DNA of 64,000 nucleotides from Perkinsus olseni (Eukaryota): NCBI GenBank assembly GCA_013115125.1, contig JABANN010000103.1, positions 1 to 64,000 of the forward strand, read 5' to 3'. Shown piece by piece: positions 59,301 to 64,000 of this stretch (position 1 is its first letter; each line of letters starts with the position of its first letter). The notes under the pieces were generated by a model. It saw only the letters and a program-made list of their open reading frames with translations, ran no database searches and was not told where the DNA came from. The position numbers and the translations under genes were made by a program.

Positions 59301-60564
59301 GGCCGAAAAGGCACGCATGGTGGAGAACTACTCGAAACTGTGCTCACAGTTTTTCCATCAGTAAAGAGTGTGATTCACAGACCGCCCTACCTGTAAACCT
59401 CGGTCTTCTCCGTCACTACCGACGTGTTAATGTATGCCGGATCCGCATAGCCGATAGTCCCTAATAATACGCTTACGCCCATATTGGTAAGGGGAGCTAC
59501 CAACCTGAGCATTGCTGAACTTTGAAGTGGCCAAGTGAGCGATGCTCAGCAAGACACGCGAGGCCGAAGTCTGCAACCTTAGCCGAGCCGTTTCGGTCCA
59601 GCAGGATGTTCTGGGTCTGAGGACGAGTACTTGAGCGTTTCCGCATCATAATTATATGATGGACAAGAAGTACGGGTCGTACTTCTTGTAGAACTGATAA
59701 TCGTACTGCACGAATATCAGTGTCAGTAGTCTCACCTTGATGTCTCGATGAAAGACGCGGGGTGTGGCGTTGTGTAGATGACTAAGCCCTAGAGCAGCAT
59801 CCAAGGCAACACTTAGTCGTTGATACCAGTTGAACGAGGGAGGACCAGAGGAAGGCTGCAGCCGGCTCGACACGTCACCTACGAGGATAGGCCTTGATGA
59901 AGAGATCCATCAGAATGGTGAGAGGCCGGCTAGTTACTGGGACCAGCTCAGAATATTCAGCTGATTGATTTCACCACGTGTACCCCAATTCGATGAGGTC
60001 GTGCACCAGATTCAAATTCAATGCATTCGATCACGAGACTCGAACTACTAAATGTGAGTGAGGTGAGGAAGAGAAGGTCGATATGAGGAAGCACCCACCT
60101 CCCGAAAGGAGTTCGTAAACAAGGCACCGCTCGTGCTCGTTCCTCGCAAATCCCATGAGGATGACGAGGTTAGCATGTCGGAACTTAGACAGAACCTGAT
60201 CGGCAAATATGCCTCAGTATCTATCAACCGCAACAAACGGCTACCTTAACCTCCTCTTTGAAACCCGACTCTTTGGGAGCTTGCAGCACCTTTACCGCAA
60301 CCTAAGGTCACAAGACGTGTAGCACGGTATACGCGATGATCCTCGCCGAGATACCTCAGTGCCGTCTTTGAGTTGACCACGATAAACACATCCGTAAGTA
60401 CCAGTGCCTGGCAACCGACTGTGGCGCAAACGAATTACGCTGCCCTTACCAAGGACGTTGTCTTGTGAAAAGTTATTTGTAGCCCGTCGTAGCTCCTCAT
60501 AAGGATACTCAAGGGAGATGAAGTTCAAGTTAGCATCCGTAGGGGCAGGGGGGCTCGGACGCAT
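56338..60564 (-). CDS. RLK/Pelle (IRAK-like) protein kinase with C-terminal UIM-like and UBA-like motifs
   Basis: YPYEELRRATNNFSQDNVLGKG|TYGCVYRGQLKDGTE, FRHANLVILMGF, WYQRLSVALDAALGLSHLH...FHRDIK, NILLDRNGSAKVADFGLA, GTIGYADPAY, VYSFGMVLIELLT; tail DPDLAAAVALS and KIEQVCREFGWPHDQVAQAFRVRGTVDAAVEYIL. Confidence 0.9.
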
Positions 60565-61086
60565 TAATACTATTATAACAGATGCCGACAACTGAGTCGA
60601 GGTCTCAGGTACGATACGATCGCAGACACGGCCCAGCTTCGGTGTGACTGACTTGAGTTAAGTTACTTAACACAATTCGTATACGCCGCATAACATGATA
60701 ATAGGGGTCCGCATGTACTATGCGACTTGCTCTGTTCTGTGACGAACTAAAGTTTCATGCTGTGCAAGGGGACGGGGAGAAACTAATACGTCAAAAACGG
60801 GGATCACAACAGACCGAAGAAAGGTACTAGCTCATCGCAGTACCGTAGATTTAAACCGTGGTGGCCAGCCTCCCCAACATGCTGCAAGGCGGATGAAGGA
60901 TAACGTTAGTAGTGGACGAGGCGAGCGCCAAGAAGATTTGGCAAATTGGCCAAAGGTGACTTGCGCTCTTAGCGAAGCGACGCGGGTCTCCACGTTGATT
61001 ACTGCCTGATTTTATCAAGGCGCTTTACACTCTGGACCTGCCTGATCACAGTGATTTATCGGCCAAAACGCTCCGTAACACAGGGC

Positions 61087-61314
61087 TTATCTTCGCGACT
61101 TGCAAGAAAGCATCCAATGCATTGGAACAGTTGGATACTGTTCCCACATAAAAACGGCTTCCGCCTCGGTGTTCTGGAGTTGCGCCTCTAAAGCCACGTA
61201 TAGCCGTCGGTTGAGTGTATCGTAATAATGGGGCGTTTTCTTGTCTGAAACTTTGCCGTCGAACCAGAACGTGGATCTTGTTATAGCGGTAATGGTAGGC
61301 ACTGGGAGTTTCAT
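61087..61314 (-). CDS. Possible small protein
   Basis: 75-aa ATG ORF; no recognisable motif. Confidence 0.2.
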   Translation of the reverse strand: MKLPVPTITAITRSTFWFDGKVSDKKTPHYYDTLNRRLYVALEAQLQNTEAEAVFMWEQYPTVPMHWMLSCKSRR

Positions 61315-61424
61315 GCCCGGTGCGTAACGGAACTCTCTGGCCGCAAGCCTAAACTACGATGTAGCAAGTTCTTCATAAATTATAGGAACTTAGCTCACTT
61401 TTGTAGCACCTCTCTGCTTCACCG

Positions 61425-62669
61425 ATGTCCTCCTTGCCCGGAGACGTTCCGTCTCTCCCAGGTGAGGCATCATCGAGCAGCCGGCAACAGCCGCCAAGGA
61501 AAGGAGGAGGCAAGGGGAAGGGGAAAGGAAAGGGGCACTCGAAAGGGGGCCAACAGGGCAGGTCTGGTCCTACGGCGGAAACATGCTGGGTATGTTTGAA
61601 GAACGAAGGGAAATATAAGTAATAGAGACGTCCGGCGGAACATAACGAACAGATTTTCTCTCTCTTGAAGGTTTGTCTGTTGCCAGCGACGATATTGTAG
61701 CATTAAGTGCTATAAAGATCATACCAGCAAACCCTGTACGGGTGGGCTGCGGAGGGGCGAGGATGCTCCGCAACGAAAGAAGCGAAAGCCTGTAGTGGAG
61801 GTTGGTTTCGGCAGAAGGGAAATGTACTTGTGGCCTTCTTGTTCAGTTGTATGATTTCCAATATGCTGAACTATCCCTTTATAGCAGCTGCACGAAGGAT
61901 GATCTTCAGGTGTGTGGAAGGTGGAATAAATGAATGGCGTTCATGTCCTGCGAAATGCGACATAATAACCGCTACTGCGGCATTGTACTATAAGTCGCAT
62001 TGCACTCGTCTCAGCGAATACGTTACTTCCACATACCCCGTGGCGAAGCCCGCAACGCGACTGCTCAATGTCACATTTCGCGCCCTTCCTCGCAGACAGC
62101 AGCAAATTAGCTCACTGAACTTGACCGTGTGATGAACGCTTTAATGGTCATTGTTGTTGTTCGAGCGCTCGTTACGTTAGAAATGTCCGGTGTCGGAAGT
62201 TTTATCAGATGTTGAAATCGTGAGAAGGGATGAAATTTCGTATGCTCTCGATAGGGACTGCTCGCATACCCTCGTGGGCAGGCTTCTGTTGGCTGCTCAC
62301 CAGTTGGTTTCAGGAGCTCCGAAATTCGGAGGCAGTCAAGAGCAAACTCTCACATCCTGCACTGCGCAAAGTGATAAAACGGATAGACTCGGCTGACGAC
62401 AGGTAAAAGAACGCGTCTGGATTTCACGGCGTGCGGCGTCTTCTCTCAGAGTTGCTGCTTTGGAAAAGCAATTGAGCTGCGATGCGGATTTCGTCGCGTT
62501 TATTGACGAGTGTTTGGATGCAGTGGGCTTCAAGTACACTGCTGATGACGCTACCAAAAGCGAGGAAAAAGAGGAAGTTGAGGAGCCTCAGAAGTTGATA
62601 CAGGAGATCGCTTCTGATGCTAGCGGCGATGGATCGTCGTCATCCTCGGAGGAGAGTGACTCCGACTGA
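61425..62669 (+). CDS. ZNHIT3: Zinc finger HIT domain protein, ZNHIT3/Hit1-like
   Basis: CWVCLKNEGKYK|CLSCQRRYCSIKCYKDH (zf-HIT) and C-terminal DADFVAFIDECLDAVG helix typical of ZNHIT3; acidic tail. Confidence 0.75.
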
Positions 62670-62829
62670 ACGTTTCTGACGATGCTCCTAGTGTAGAGTT
62701 AGTGGCTAGAATGAATTGGAGTGGGCCCGAGCCTGCACGCTCGAACCAGTCGTTCAAAACGGTGCATCCATGGTCCCACTGAGCGGCTAGTTCTATCAGT
62801 CGGCGGTTCACGGCTCTCGTGATGAATTG

Positions 62830-64000
62830 CTACATGAAGTAATAAGGAGGCCATTCCGATGTATTCCGAGACCCGCCGCTCCTCTCTCTCGGAGGAGTTG
62901 CATGCTCCTGTGGAGCGCTGATAAGTCGACGTTGGAGGGACATCGTAAGGTGGCTCCCATCTGTGCTCTTCTTGGGGTTGTTTTCTTTTTCCATCTCCTT
63001 CGTGATGGATTCAGCACTTGATTCCCCAGTCGCCGTTGCAAGGCCTTCCGCGGCCGCTAACTGCCTCTCCCGGTGCACTCGACTGTGTTTCCGCAAGTCG
63101 GTTGCTCTTGTATACCGGAATAGAAGTGAACTACTGCTGTATCTTCAAATAGGATTGGTGATGTTGATGGCGGCGGGGCTTGGGCCGGCTAACAGACCCC
63201 TCGGTGAGTGGAATGGGAGGCTTTCAGTTTGAGCCGTTGCATTGGTCACTCCAGTGCAATTCTCCGCCGCGGAATCTGTTCCACCGCTTCGAGTGGTAGT
63301 CCATGCAGGAGATCCTCGCTCCAACTCCAGGTGTTACCATGGCAGTTGTTTTTTCGTCTCGATCAGGTCGGATTTTGATGGTTCTCATATCATCGCTTGT
63401 CTTCGTTGCCACGAGCCCGATGAGCCTGGGGACTCAGCATCATGACAAGAGCATCAGACGCAGCAAGGGAATGCATTTCCTGGTAGTACTGTTGGGATTG
63501 TGCAAGGTGATTATATGGGGATGGCCCGCTGGTTGTTGGATGGGATTTCCTGTCACACTCGCGAAGCGTCACAGAACTTGCTATGTCCCATCGAAGCGTC
63601 AAGCTCGTGCTATGAGCGTTGACTGTACACGACCTAGATTTGCAGGGTATGTATTTATCGATTTAATCAGCAATTCTTCGAGCGATGTGCTCCTCCGAGA
63701 AAATATATGCTTCGCATTACGGTATCAGACACCATGTAGGATTCCGTCAGGCACCTTTGTGTGTACCTTTCATACTCTTCCTGGTCTTGAAGCCGTTTGG
63801 GATGCCCCGGTCATCGTCCTCCGGAGTCGTCCTAGTGGATCCCGGCACGGGTCGACAGGAGATCCAGAACTTACTTCCAGGTCAGCGCCCGTGAGCCTCG
63901 TGTCACTGCGGTCTATCTAGTTTTCAGGGACGTCGGTCGTGATACCGGCTAGATTTGAAGCTGACTATTTGGTGAAGACGATTTATTACACTTTTCTCTA
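62830..64000 (-). CDS. 3' part of a spliced gene with a C2H2 finger remnant
   Basis: Last exon begins YTRATDLRKHSRVH (second half of a C2H2 finger); upstream exons not resolved and may run past the window. Confidence 0.35.

Noticed and set aside
63303-63920. 205-aa plus-strand ORF
   Set aside because: No motif, and it overlaps probable minus-strand exons; likely spurious, like most short ORFs in the track.

Overview
Eukaryotic, gene-dense, ~50% GC DNA. Most genes are split by many short (~40-70 nt) GT/GC-AG introns, a style consistent with a Perkinsus-like alveolate (inference). Recognisable genes: a BT1 folate/biopterin transporter, a membrane class I cyclic-nucleotide phosphodiesterase, an ankyrin protein, an F-box/LRR-like protein, a MOK/LF4-type kinase, a probable mitoribosomal mL59, UCHL5/UCH37, an NDK-like protein, cathepsin X/Z, a mucin-like tandem-repeat protein (interrupted by an N gap), two tandem zinc-finger paralogues, purH/ATIC, an RLK/Pelle(IRAK)-like kinase with UIM and UBA, and ZNHIT3. 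There are two tRNA genes, Thr(CGT) and initiator Met. The stand-out observation appears only after manual splicing: the phosphodiesterase carries a complete S1-S4 voltage-sensor domain with no pore domain, joined directly to the PDE regulatory and catalytic region, i.e. a candidate voltage-sensing phosphodiesterase. Other highlights are long unidirectional gene blocks converging on a tRNA gene, an initiator tRNA nested antisense in a purH intron, and several long introns packed with short palindromes. Exon boundaries were inferred by eye, so the outer coordinates of spliced genes are approximate.
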